Of a stretch of DNA of 41,571 bases, positions 18,573 to 27,738 are shown piece by piece. The stretch is from positions 1 to 41,571 of the forward strand of contig JAWVZC010000001.1 of the NCBI GenBank assembly GCA_033722415.1, read 5' to 3'. This DNA comes from Balneolaceae bacterium (GTDB lineage: Bacteria > Bacteroidota > Rhodothermia > Balneolales > Balneolaceae). Position numbers and translations under genes: made by a program. Position 1 is the stretch's first letter; each line of letters starts with the position of its first letter. The notes below the pieces were generated by a model that had not been told where the DNA came from, did no database searches, and saw only the letters and a program-made list of their open reading frames with translations.

Positions 18573-18645
18573 GCCGCGTTCGTCTAGGGGTTTAGGACGC
18601 CGCCCTTTCACGGCGGTAGCACGGGTTCGAATCCCGTACGCGGTA
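18573..18645 (+). tRNA. tRNA-Glu (TTC)
   Basis: Acceptor GCCGCGT/ACGCGGT, anticodon arm CCGCC-CTTTCAC-GGCGG, T arm ACGGG-TTCGAAT-CCCGT. CCA is not encoded. Confidence 0.97.
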
Positions 18646-18649
18646 CAAG

Positions 18650-18690
18650 AGCCCTTGTAAGTCATTGACTTGCAAGGGCTTATTTTTTTT
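18650..18690 (+). terminator. Intrinsic terminator after tRNA-Glu
   Basis: AGCCCTTGTAAGTCA-T-TGACTTGCAAGGGCT hairpin followed by TATTTTTTTT. Confidence 0.8.
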
Positions 18691-18989
18691 GGTAAAAAAT
18701 AGGTAATAAATTTCCTGTCATTTGACACTCTTAAAGAAAACTTAGAAATCTGCTCTCCCAACAAATTAATTGTTAGAAAAACTGATAGATTTGTGCGAAA
18801 TAGATGACATCTTAATTATTTTTGGTAAACAAATATCTTTCCATCCTATCTACGCTATTCATTAAGGATATAGTCATTTTTAATTATGGCAATTTTGCTA
18901 CCTCGGTAATATAGTACAACTTTTCAACTTCGAAATTAGTGGTTAACAGTCATGGGTCAAATGTTGTTTTATACGAAGCGACATACCTT

Positions 18990-19480
18990 TTAGTTCCAAC
19001 CGATGAGAAGAGTACACCACCCGTTCCAGGATAGCTATCACTTTCCCGAGGAGTTTGTGCCAGTAGCCGTCAGGTTTGGCCCTTTAACCGCACTATAAAC
19101 AAACTAGCGGGTTTATAGCTGTACAGACACGCCTGGCCGCCGATGGCTTGGCCGAGCCAGCTTTTGCGGGTCCCAGCCGGACTGGAATCTGCTAAAGTTC
19201 AGGCTCAACAACCGTCCCATCAAGGACTCGACAAACCCCCGGTCGGGATGGTAGTAGATATCAGTGGCAGCCGCCTGCTGGCGGAACCCGTCCCACTTCA
19301 TCAAACCCGCAATTTTACGCTGCTGGCGGTCTTCCTATTCGGCGTCAATGCGGGTAGTTACTACCAATTTGAGGGTAAGGTTGCCGAAGGTGTTGTTACT
19401 TAGCGAATGTTGGTAGAGCTCGGCTATGGCTTTTAGACGCATTGTGTGCATTTTTTCTAAGATGTTATTAGGATTCATCA
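18990..19480 (-). pseudogene. istB: IS21-family helper ATPase IstB remnant
   Basis: MNPNNILEKMHTMRLKAIAELY..IDAE* (stop at 19335), then EDRQQRKIAGL..FRQQA..DIYYHPDRG and a frameshifted degenerate Walker A (GTRKSWLGQAIGGQAC). The end coordinate is approximate. Confidence 0.75.
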
Positions 19481-19484
19481 TGTA

Positions 19485-20620
19485 GTAATTGGGTTTAATG
19501 GTACTAGTCGACTCCACGAATATTGCCATGATCCGGAATGTGGTTTTACGGCGGCAGTTCCTTTGTTCTGCTTGATCAAAGTTGTTGGTTAGAATGTATG
19601 TAATGATACGAAAGCCTCCAGCCACGTGGCTACAGGCGGCCTCGACCAGTTCTGGCGGATATTGTTTGATCAGGGTCAGAATCCCCGGGCCTATATTGTA
19701 GCCGATCCCCGGATAATCGTACTGGCCAATCATCCGCCAGAAATAGCTTTCCGTATAGTTACTGATGTGGACAGCTCTTTTGGCAAACAAGGTAGGATTC
19801 CAGTCGTTGTAACCCGGGACACCATAGATGTCTCTATGGTGGTATATTTTTCGGCCGTTCAGCTGTATCTGTGGATGGCAATCCGCTCCCCGCCATAAAA
19901 TTATCCATCTCCTCGGCAATTTATTGCACATCCACGTGCCGGCCCACATAGAGGTGGAGCAAGCTGTTGTAGTTATTGTAGGTTCCAAAATAAATGTGGC
20001 TGACCTTCTGGACTTTGGCCTGTTTGTAGTGTTGAAGCCGGTACGAAGTTGGGGGTAGTGGATCAGGGCTGGCTGCTCTATCTCAAGGAATTGCTGACGG
20101 CGCCTGGTAGGCCAGTTGTGGAAGCGGTAATAGTTATATAAGGGGCGATATAGCTTTGTAAAGCTCGACCAGGTTGAAGAGCATCTGAATGGCCAATAAA
20201 TAATAAATTCGCTGGTATACCAGCTGGATGGCTCCTTCAACCAAGACTTTATCCTGCGATGAGAGACGTATTGGGTGTAGCGATACCCTTCTGTGCAGTC
20301 GGGGAAATAGCTTCTTCATACGGTTTGGACCCAACGGCCGGCTTACGGAGCTCGGCGGCGAAGGTGGGAAATATCTGCTAATAGCGCCCCCTATCCTTGG
20401 CGTCGGCCTCGGGAATAACCAAGCCAGTTCGGCCTATGAGAAAGCCTCTAGATGTTTGTAGTTGAGCTCATAGGCACCAAACGTAACTGTTGACGGTATT
20501 CTGAGACACGGCCAGTGCCAAGGCCAAGCGCTTCTTTGTTGCCAATCGCCTCACTCCTTGAACTGGTTCAGATATAATATCTGAACGCATAGCACTTCTG
20601 TTAATTACCGGTAGCCACTA
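19485..20620 (-). pseudogene. istA: IS21-family transposase IstA remnant, frameshifted and internally deleted
   Basis: Fragments in several frames: HTH LALAVSQNTVNSY, EGYRYTQY, QDKVLVEGAIQLVYQRIY, RRQQFLEIEQPAL, GILTLIKQYPPELVEAAC. Boundaries are approximate. Confidence 0.8.
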
Positions 20621-20804
20621 TCTTTAATGGTTTTTTCGGCAGACCGATTGGTAAGCCCAGGTATTACCGGAGCGTTGCCACCAAGGTTTTTGAAAAAAGT
20701 GGGCTTTGTCTTTCGACCTCATAGCATCCACCACAAATCAAGAATTGGCCGTAAAACGGCCAAACTCAACTTTCGGAAGACATCGTAATCTTTTATGATC
20801 CTTT

Positions 20805-22530
20805 GAGGCTGTCCAAAAAGTCATAAATAAGAAGACAATAATTTGTACTATTGAGCTTCTTTTTAACATAAATACACTAATACTATGGCGAAGCGGGTAT
20901 TTAAATCATACAATCAACAGCAACCGACCTTGCTGCCCCCCAGCCTTGATGAGTTGTTGCCGGAACACCACCAGGTACGCTTTATTAATGGGGTCATTGA
21001 TCGGCTGGATATCTCCGCGATTTTGCAGACCTATCCCGGGGGCGGGGCCAGCAGCTATCATCTCCGCTTGCTGCTTAAAATTCTGATCTACGGGTACGTG
21101 CAGCGTATCTACAGCAGTCGCAGGCTGGCCAAAGCCACCCGCGAGCAAATCCCGTTTATGTGGCTGGCGGCCGGAGCGGCCCCGGATTTTCGTACGATCA
21201 ACCACTTTCGCAGGCACCGTCTGCCGGGCGGCGGGGTTAAAGCTATTTTTACCCAGGTGATGGGATTGTTGGTCGAGCAGGGATTGGTCGACTTAACCGA
21301 ATATACCCTTGACGGGACGGTATTAGAGGCCAATGCCCGTCGGCACAGTGCCGTATGGGCCAAGAATGCCCAGCGGTATTACAGTAGTGCCACCGATCGT
21401 ATTGAGGCATTATTTGATGAGATTCAACAATTGGCGGATCTGGAAGATCAGCAGTATTGCGATAACGACCTGCCGGAGGTGAGCGAAGGGGCCGCGTGGA
21501 GCCCCGAGCAGATCCAGGCGGCCGCCGAGCGGACCAGCCAAGCCCTACGGGAACAGGCCGGGAAGCAAGAAGTTCCAGATAAGGATCTGAGCAAAGCCCA
21601 CACCCGGCTGCGTTGGATTACCGATCGGGAGCTGCCGAAGCTCAAAAAATATGAACAGCAGCAACGCATCCTGGGCGGGCGCAACAGTTACTCGACGACT
21701 GACCCCGACGCCACCTTCATGCGACTGAAGGACCAGTCCCCGTTCAACAAACTGCTGGCTCCGGGCTATAACCTGCAGATGGGCACCCAAAACCAATATA
21801 TTTTAGGCTACAGTCTTCACTCCAATGCGGCCGATAAAGTGAACATGGCCGATCACCTGGATCAGCTGGAGTTCCGGCCTGATTGGCTGTGCGCCGATGC
21901 CGGCTACGGCACGCTGGCCAACTTTGAGATGTTGGCCGAGCAGGGCATTACCGGCGTTGTAAAATCACCGACCAATTACGGTCGACCCAAAGCCTATAGC
22001 CGTTATGCGATGACCCGTGATCCGGCCACCGACAGCTACCGGTGTCCAGAGGGACGTGCTCTGGTGTTCAAAGAGCTGCGGTCCTACGTAATACGGCGAT
22101 GGAAAAACCGTTCCCGTGCGGCGCTACCAGAGCCTGGATTGCAGTGGATGCCCCGCCCAATCTAAGTGCACATGGAACGACAACAATCGAAGCATAACCA
22201 TTAATACCCGTCTGGAGCAATGGAAAGCGCTTATGCGCGAGCGGATGCAGAAGGGAAAGGGGCAGCGGCTGATGCGGAATCGAGGCGCCGAAATAGAAGC
22301 GGTCTTCGGACAACTAAAACAAAATGACCGGCTACGCCGGTTGGTCATGCGCGGCCGGCATATGGTCCACCTGGAGGTAGGGCTTAAGGCTATTGCACAT
22401 AATCTTCGCAAGATGGCCGCCGCTTTACTACTACCCAATATGCCTCGGATCGCTACTGCCAGCGATTATGCTCTGGCGGGATAATCCCATTATTCTGGAA
22501 AAAAATAATAATGACTTTTTGGACAGCCTC
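20805..22530 (+). mobile_element. IS1182-family insertion sequence
   Basis: Perfect terminal inverted repeats GAGGCTGTCCAAAAAGTCAT (20805-20824) and ATGACTTTTTGGACAGCCTC (22511-22530), extendable outward by TT/AA, enclosing the transposase. Confidence 0.93.
20885..22484 (+). pseudogene. IS1182-family DDE transposase with a frameshift near 22090
   Basis: N-terminal LLPPSLDELLPEHH..SSRRL..FMWL..PDFRTI, then LDGT, TDPDA and ADAGY in frame 1. C-terminal DCSGCP..KC and IEAVFGQLK lie in the next frame (22092-22484). Confidence 0.88.
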
Positions 22531-23418
22531 AAGTCGGTTTGTGGCTCGTGAAACCAATAAACCTTGTTTCATTACATCGACTTTAATCGAGCACTTTGTG
22601 ACACAACTTCAAGACCAGCTGATATCGGTCGGTAACCTCATCGGGCAACGTCAGGGGCATCTTTGTTTGCTTTGAGTGTCCAATGTTAGTGGTACCCCGA
22701 CAGTTTTAATCCATAAATTGATAGAATTGCTTGAGATTGAAACATGTCTCTTCGGTAATCCCCGGCAGCCACTGCATCAGTAGTAAAATTTTGTCTCGAT
22801 AGAAAAGGTATTGTTAGTTTTCAAAACGGTAGTATCCTCGTAGAAGGGCTACCGGTTAGCTTTTTTCTATGCAGGCCCGGCCAACCAGCTGGGTCAACAG
22901 AACTTAGGATCGATAAACCTCTCTAAGATGGGACCGAACATATCCCATTGTGATTGATCCCGATAGGTTAACAACATGGCAAGATTTATAATATTGATAG
23001 ATAGATTCTCCCGAAAATCACGGGATTTTAAAAAACTTTTTCACAGAAAACACTTTTTTATTAAATCTAAAAAATTGTTTGGATTTTTAATAAACAAGTA
23101 GTAAAAAATAATATTATCGAATATTTTTCATTTATATTTCGTAAGATCCAATTTGACAAGTCAATAAAGAAGAAAATAGTTACTATATACAATAACGAAT
23201 ATATTATTTTAAAATAAAGCCGGACAAGACACTACCAAATATTGTTTTAGGACATTAAACCCTAAATTACGAGATAATACATCCGAGTTTCAAACTATCG
23301 AATAGAATAAATTCCCTACTGATTCTATTCTCTTACCTAATTATCCAATAGCTGGAGCGAAGATAGGAAATATTCAACTATAGACTAACAAACCGTATTA
23401 ATCAGAGAGCGTATATTA

Positions 23419-24576
23419 TCAATTAAATTTAACTACTTTAAATTTATTCTTTATGATACCCGTATCATCAAATGAAATCGGACCGGTAACTCCATTCACA
23501 TCCACAATTCCAAGTCCCTGTTGTATCTCAGTGCTTTTGTCTCCTTTTATTCTGATGCTTTCCAAAAGTGCGATGATCCCATCATACACATAGTAGGTAT
23601 ACCTCCCAGGCTGGTAACCATACCTGTATCGAAACTGCTTGCTGAAATTTTCCTCATGGGATGTATCCCACTGTTCTGACCGTATAGTAAATACAGGATG
23701 TAGGATGTCGGAAATCATCTTATTGTCCAGCTCCATGACCGGAAGGTAGTGAGGTAGTTGAATGCTAGAATCCTTGTACAGTTTGAACCAAGTGTTCCAT
23801 TCTTCAGAGCTGCCGAAAAACACGATGCACCCAGTATCCGATCCGGCCACCTGTGATAAAATCTCTTCAAAATCCAACTTGCCTGACCGGTTTGTTAATA
23901 CTGTTGGAGAAGGATAATTATTGCGTTCCACCTCCCGCAGGAATGCCCGGAGCATATAACGCTGATCATACGCATCGGAGGCAATTATGATCACCTTTTT
24001 GCTGTTTTGAACTGCGTAAATCTCATTGGCCATTACTGCTGCTTGCTGTCCAGCATGGGGCATCGTGCTGAAAAACCAAGGTATATTACTTCTGGAAAGA
24101 GTGGGATCCGGCGAATATACAGAGATAAATGGCACCCGCGCCTTGGTACAGACCTGCTCAACCAAGTGAGCACTGCGGCCATCCAGGAAGCCGAGAATTG
24201 CACTAACCCCATCCTCATAGATCAGGTTTACCGAGCGCTTGGAACCCGCCCCCCAGTGCCCCTCAATAGATTTTACAACCACTTTGACCTTTCTGCTCCG
24301 TATTCCACCCGAATCATTCACTTTGTCTACAAGCAGCTGCACGGCATCCGCAGCCTGTCTTGCAAGCTGGTTCTGAGCGGTGTCTACAGTTACGAGAAGA
24401 CCAATTTTTATCGGCTTGTCATCCTGTGAAGAAATGGAAGAACCGGCAACTAGGTTATTGGGCAGAAAAATATTGGACATACACAGCAGAACAGTAATTA
24501 GCAGGGGATAAGACTGATTCCACAGCCAATGCTCTTTGTAGTTTTTTCGATTCATCGTTCCAGGTCCAATTCGCAC
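23419..24576 (-). CDS. Periplasmic binding protein type 1 (LivJ/ANF receptor-like)
   Basis: Hydrophobic signal segment, IKIGLL, VNDSGGI, YVYDGI and NGVTGPISFD motifs. The start may be the ATG at 24555. Confidence 0.85.
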   Translation of the reverse strand: MRIGPGTMNRKNYKEHWLWNQSYPLLITVLLCMSNIFLPNNLVAGSSISSQDDKPIKIGLLVTVDTAQNQLARQAADAVQLLVDKVNDSGGIRSRKVKVVVKSIEGHWGAGSKRSVNLIYEDGVSAILGFLDGRSAHLVEQVCTKARVPFISVYSPDPTLSRSNIPWFFSTMPHAGQQAAVMANEIYAVQNSKKVIIIASDAYDQRYMLRAFLREVERNNYPSPTVLTNRSGKLDFEEILSQVAGSDTGCIVFFGSSEEWNTWFKLYKDSSIQLPHYLPVMELDNKMISDILHPVFTIRSEQWDTSHEENFSKQFRYRYGYQPGRYTYYVYDGIIALLESIRIKGDKSTEIQQGLGIVDVNGVTGPISFDDTGIIKNKFKVVKFN

Positions 24577-24587
24577 TAGTTCATGAT

Positions 24588-25838
24588 TTACTCAACCGCT
24601 TTTTTTACCATAAATTTCCCATTCCGTACCTCCATCAACCAAACCTTTCCCACATCATTCCAAGTGCTATCAAAAATAATATTCCCGGTTACACCCTTGT
24701 ACGCACTAATGGAAGTCAGCTCATCCCGAATTCTTACGCGATTCAGTCCTGAAGACTCTATGGATTGAATCAGAATCTTCATCCCATCATATGTATGAGT
24801 GGCAAATAATCCCGGCTCTTCGCCATATTCTTCCCGATAACGATCGATAAATCTTTTCAACTCACGATCATCACTTTCCGGATTGTAGGGATAAGTGGTA
24901 ACAGTCCCCTCTGCGTGTTCTCCTGCCAGTTCCAGGAACCGGTCGGTGACCAAGCGGTCGCTGCCAAAAATTTGCTGATTCATACCCAGCTCACGCATCC
25001 GGTTGATGATTCTTGCTGCATCCCTGTCATTACCCCAGATCAGGACGGCTTCTGAATCTGAATTCCGTATTTTCTCAAGCTGGGGATCGATCTCTTCCGC
25101 ACCGGGCTCATAGTTCAAGTGCAATCGTACGGGGTGGTCGAGCCGGGTGGCACTATCCGTAAAAATTTTCACTCCCAGCCTACCATAACGGTCATTGGCT
25201 CTAAGGATAGCAACATCTTCCATCCCCTCGGTCCGGAAAATATGCATAGCCATAGCATAACTGTTCTGCCGGTCGTCAGCTATGCACCGAATTATCCAGG
25301 GGATCCGGGTTTCAGTGAGCGTTGGGTCGGTGGAGGCAGTATTGACCATCGGCACGCCAAGCTTCAGGACCACCCGCAGTGCCACATGCGAGTTATTACC
25401 ATCGATCGACCCCACAACCGCCCACACACCATTCTCGTACAGTTCCACGATCTCATTACCGGTTGCTCCCCACAATCCGACGTCGTTCCTTATCAGCAGT
25501 TTAAAAGGTATGCCCCGGTAGCCTCCGTTTTTGTTGGCTTCCTCAATGGCAAGCTGGGCTCCATTCAGCATCTCACGGCCATAGGCATCTTCTCTTGATC
25601 CTTCCAGGGGTGCTATAAATCCGATCTTCACGGACTGTAGGTTGTCCGGTCCCTCCTCGCTGTTACTTCCGTATCCCAGGAACTCCTGGGGTTCCTCAAA
25701 AAAGTTCATATACGGCTGTCGGAACTGGTTATAGGGACGCAACAGCTCGGGCGTATCCGCGTAGTGCTCGATCTGCTGGGCTACTACTCCCGAACCTAGT
25801 GCAGCAATGAGAACCAGGGTTAGTGTAAGTTGTCTCAT
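24588..25838 (-). CDS. Periplasmic binding protein type 1 (LivJ/ANF receptor-like) with N-terminal extension
   Basis: Signal peptide, VKIGFIAPLEG, GAQLAIEEANKNGG, TYDG and YKGVTGNIIFD motifs. Confidence 0.9.
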   Translation of the reverse strand: MRQLTLTLVLIAALGSGVVAQQIEHYADTPELLRPYNQFRQPYMNFFEEPQEFLGYGSNSEEGPDNLQSVKIGFIAPLEGSREDAYGREMLNGAQLAIEEANKNGGYRGIPFKLLIRNDVGLWGATGNEIVELYENGVWAVVGSIDGNNSHVALRVVLKLGVPMVNTASTDPTLTETRIPWIIRCIADDRQNSYAMAMHIFRTEGMEDVAILRANDRYGRLGVKIFTDSATRLDHPVRLHLNYEPGAEEIDPQLEKIRNSDSEAVLIWGNDRDAARIINRMRELGMNQQIFGSDRLVTDRFLELAGEHAEGTVTTYPYNPESDDRELKRFIDRYREEYGEEPGLFATHTYDGMKILIQSIESSGLNRVRIRDELTSISAYKGVTGNIIFDSTWNDVGKVWLMEVRNGKFMVKKAVE

Positions 25839-25850
25839 TTTATTTTGCCC

Positions 25851-26444
25851 TTATTCATTTTTACATACAGCAATTGCTTCTATTTCTACCAACAGTGTAT
25901 CCCAGCACAACCGGGCCTGGATGCCGGTACTGGCAGGTAGCGGATCCAGTTTCAGCCAACTGTAGAACTGGGTTCTGACCTCGTTGAAATCCTCGTAGTC
26001 CCGCTCTATGTCACGCAGGTAGCAGCTAGTACGTACCACGTCGTGCCACGACATATCTTCCGATTCCAGCAGTTCTGATATGTTTCTGAATGTTCGCCAG
26101 CACTGGGCCCGAAAGTCTCCTACATGCGCTGTTTTGCCCTCCTCGTTTACACTGGCCGTTCCGGAAATCAGTACCACCGTGTAAGCGCCCAAATCGAGCC
26201 TGATCGCTCTCGAGAAAGAGGATGGTTTGTAGTAGTTGTAGGCCTCATTCAGTACATTGGTTGCATGTACTGCTTTTTTCTCTATCGGAGAACGTTTCTT
26301 GTGGAAAGCAGACATTTCAAACGGCTGAAACTCCTCTTCTTCCGAGAGAATCCCCAGCTTCAGCATCTCTTCCTTTTCCCCTTCCGTCATTTCATACACC
26401 GTTATGTCGGATTTTTTGCCGTTGCTTGCAATATTCTTTTCCAT
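25851..26444 (-). CDS. Rid (YjgF/YER057c/UK114) superfamily protein with chorismatase-like motifs
   Basis: FSRA, ISGTASV, GDFRAQ..TFRNI, PLPAST and LC..LLVEIEAIA motifs. Confidence 0.85.
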   Translation of the reverse strand: MEKNIASNGKKSDITVYEMTEGEKEEMLKLGILSEEEEFQPFEMSAFHKKRSPIEKKAVHATNVLNEAYNYYKPSSFSRAIRLDLGAYTVVLISGTASVNEEGKTAHVGDFRAQCWRTFRNISELLESEDMSWHDVVRTSCYLRDIERDYEDFNEVRTQFYSWLKLDPLPASTGIQARLCWDTLLVEIEAIAVCKNE

Positions 26445-26527
26445 GGTAATATCGATTTTTAGTTAGCTATAATTTTCTACGCATTCCATAAAATGGTTTG
26501 GATACTGATACAGGATGCCGGGCAACA

Positions 26528-27730
26528 TCACAATTCGGCTCTTTGAGTTTCTACTATCCCTCTTGCCAACCCGTTATCGGTGGCGATCCACAGCTCCCCG
26601 TCGTGGATGTCCATGCCCCATATATAGTTATTCGGTATGGTACTGGTGGTACTTAGTAGTTGCCTGTTTGCACCTTCATGAATGATAATCTCGCCCTCTC
26701 CACCATTGTTCATATAGTTCACCCACCGTTGGCCGTCAAAGGTGTTCAGGCCATTGTCCGTGCATACAAATACGTATTGATTCCACGCCTTCACCTGGTT
26801 GATAAAATCGCTGGTCAGTCCGCTGTCATCCGCAAAATAACTTTCCCAGTGCGTGCCGTCGTACCGGCTCAAACCGAAATAAGTGCCCACCCATAATATG
26901 CCCTGCTGATAGGATACACCGGTGGTAATGTCGTGCACAATGCCATCATTGGGATACAGGTCAATCTCCATCTGATGGTCCGGATCCCGGTGCACTCTGA
27001 AACGACCGTTTGATTTAAAATACTCGAGCACGCCTCCCCCCCAGGCCGCGATATAAATTTTGTCTTCTCCCTTTTCGATCCCGTAGGTCCAGGGTTCGTG
27101 CATCGGCGCATTTTGCTCGTTAAAAATATCCCACTGGTCGGTATAGATATTGAACTTGGAGGCACCGGCCGCGGTGGCAGTCCACACATGCTGGCTGTCG
27201 CTTACCACGGCATACACCACATCATTGGCCAGGCCACTGTTGAACTGGTCGAATACATGAAGCTCACCGGCCGACCAACGGCTCAACCCGGACATGGTTG
27301 CAATCCACACCTCTCCAGTTAGCTGGCTTATATCTATATCCAGTATGTAATTATGTGACAAGCCCTCATCGGTGGATATCACTTCCCATTTATTCTCCTT
27401 TAGTATGGCAATCCCTTTGTCAGTACCCACCCAAACCCAATCCCTGATCTCATCAATTTTTACGGTAGAAATCTTATTAGAGGGCAGACCGTCATCCATT
27501 CCAAACGACTCCCAAGACCTGATCATGGGCAGTTTCACCGCCGGTTCATTTGCCGAAGGTGTCCCGATCGCCGTATCCGGAACCACTCCATTGCCCTCCA
27601 CTTTTTTTACGGCCGGAGTTTCGGCCAAAATCACATCCTCCTTTCTGTCTCCAGGTGCTGCCAAAATATAGAACACACCAGCGAGTACAATTGTCATCAA
27701 CCAGTATGTTTTTTCAGATAGCCATTTCAT
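26528..27730 (-). CDS. Membrane-anchored or secreted beta-propeller (two-component regulator propeller repeats)
   Basis: N-terminal TM/signal and repeated GL.SN.I....D....WVGT..GL units. No kinase domain. Confidence 0.85.
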   Translation of the reverse strand: MKWLSEKTYWLMTIVLAGVFYILAAPGDRKEDVILAETPAVKKVEGNGVVPDTAIGTPSANEPAVKLPMIRSWESFGMDDGLPSNKISTVKIDEIRDWVWVGTDKGIAILKENKWEVISTDEGLSHNYILDIDISQLTGEVWIATMSGLSRWSAGELHVFDQFNSGLANDVVYAVVSDSQHVWTATAAGASKFNIYTDQWDIFNEQNAPMHEPWTYGIEKGEDKIYIAAWGGGVLEYFKSNGRFRVHRDPDHQMEIDLYPNDGIVHDITTGVSYQQGILWVGTYFGLSRYDGTHWESYFADDSGLTSDFINQVKAWNQYVFVCTDNGLNTFDGQRWVNYMNNGGEGEIIIHEGANRQLLSTTSTIPNNYIWGMDIHDGELWIATDNGLARGIVETQRAEL

Positions 27731-27738
27731 AATATTCC

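Noticed and set aside
19335-20240. 301-aa ORF as an intact gene
   Set aside because: It is a chance read-through of frameshifted istA fragments into the istB N-terminus.
22533-23000. Possible degraded gene next to IS1182
   Set aside because: Short open stretches on the minus strand, but no family I can recognise; needs BLASTx.
23000-23418. AT-rich tract as an origin, ncRNA or CRISPR leader
   Set aside because: Only an imperfect AT-rich inverted repeat near 23058-23093; no repeat-spacer array or iterons here, and I saw no CRISPR array anywhere in the window.
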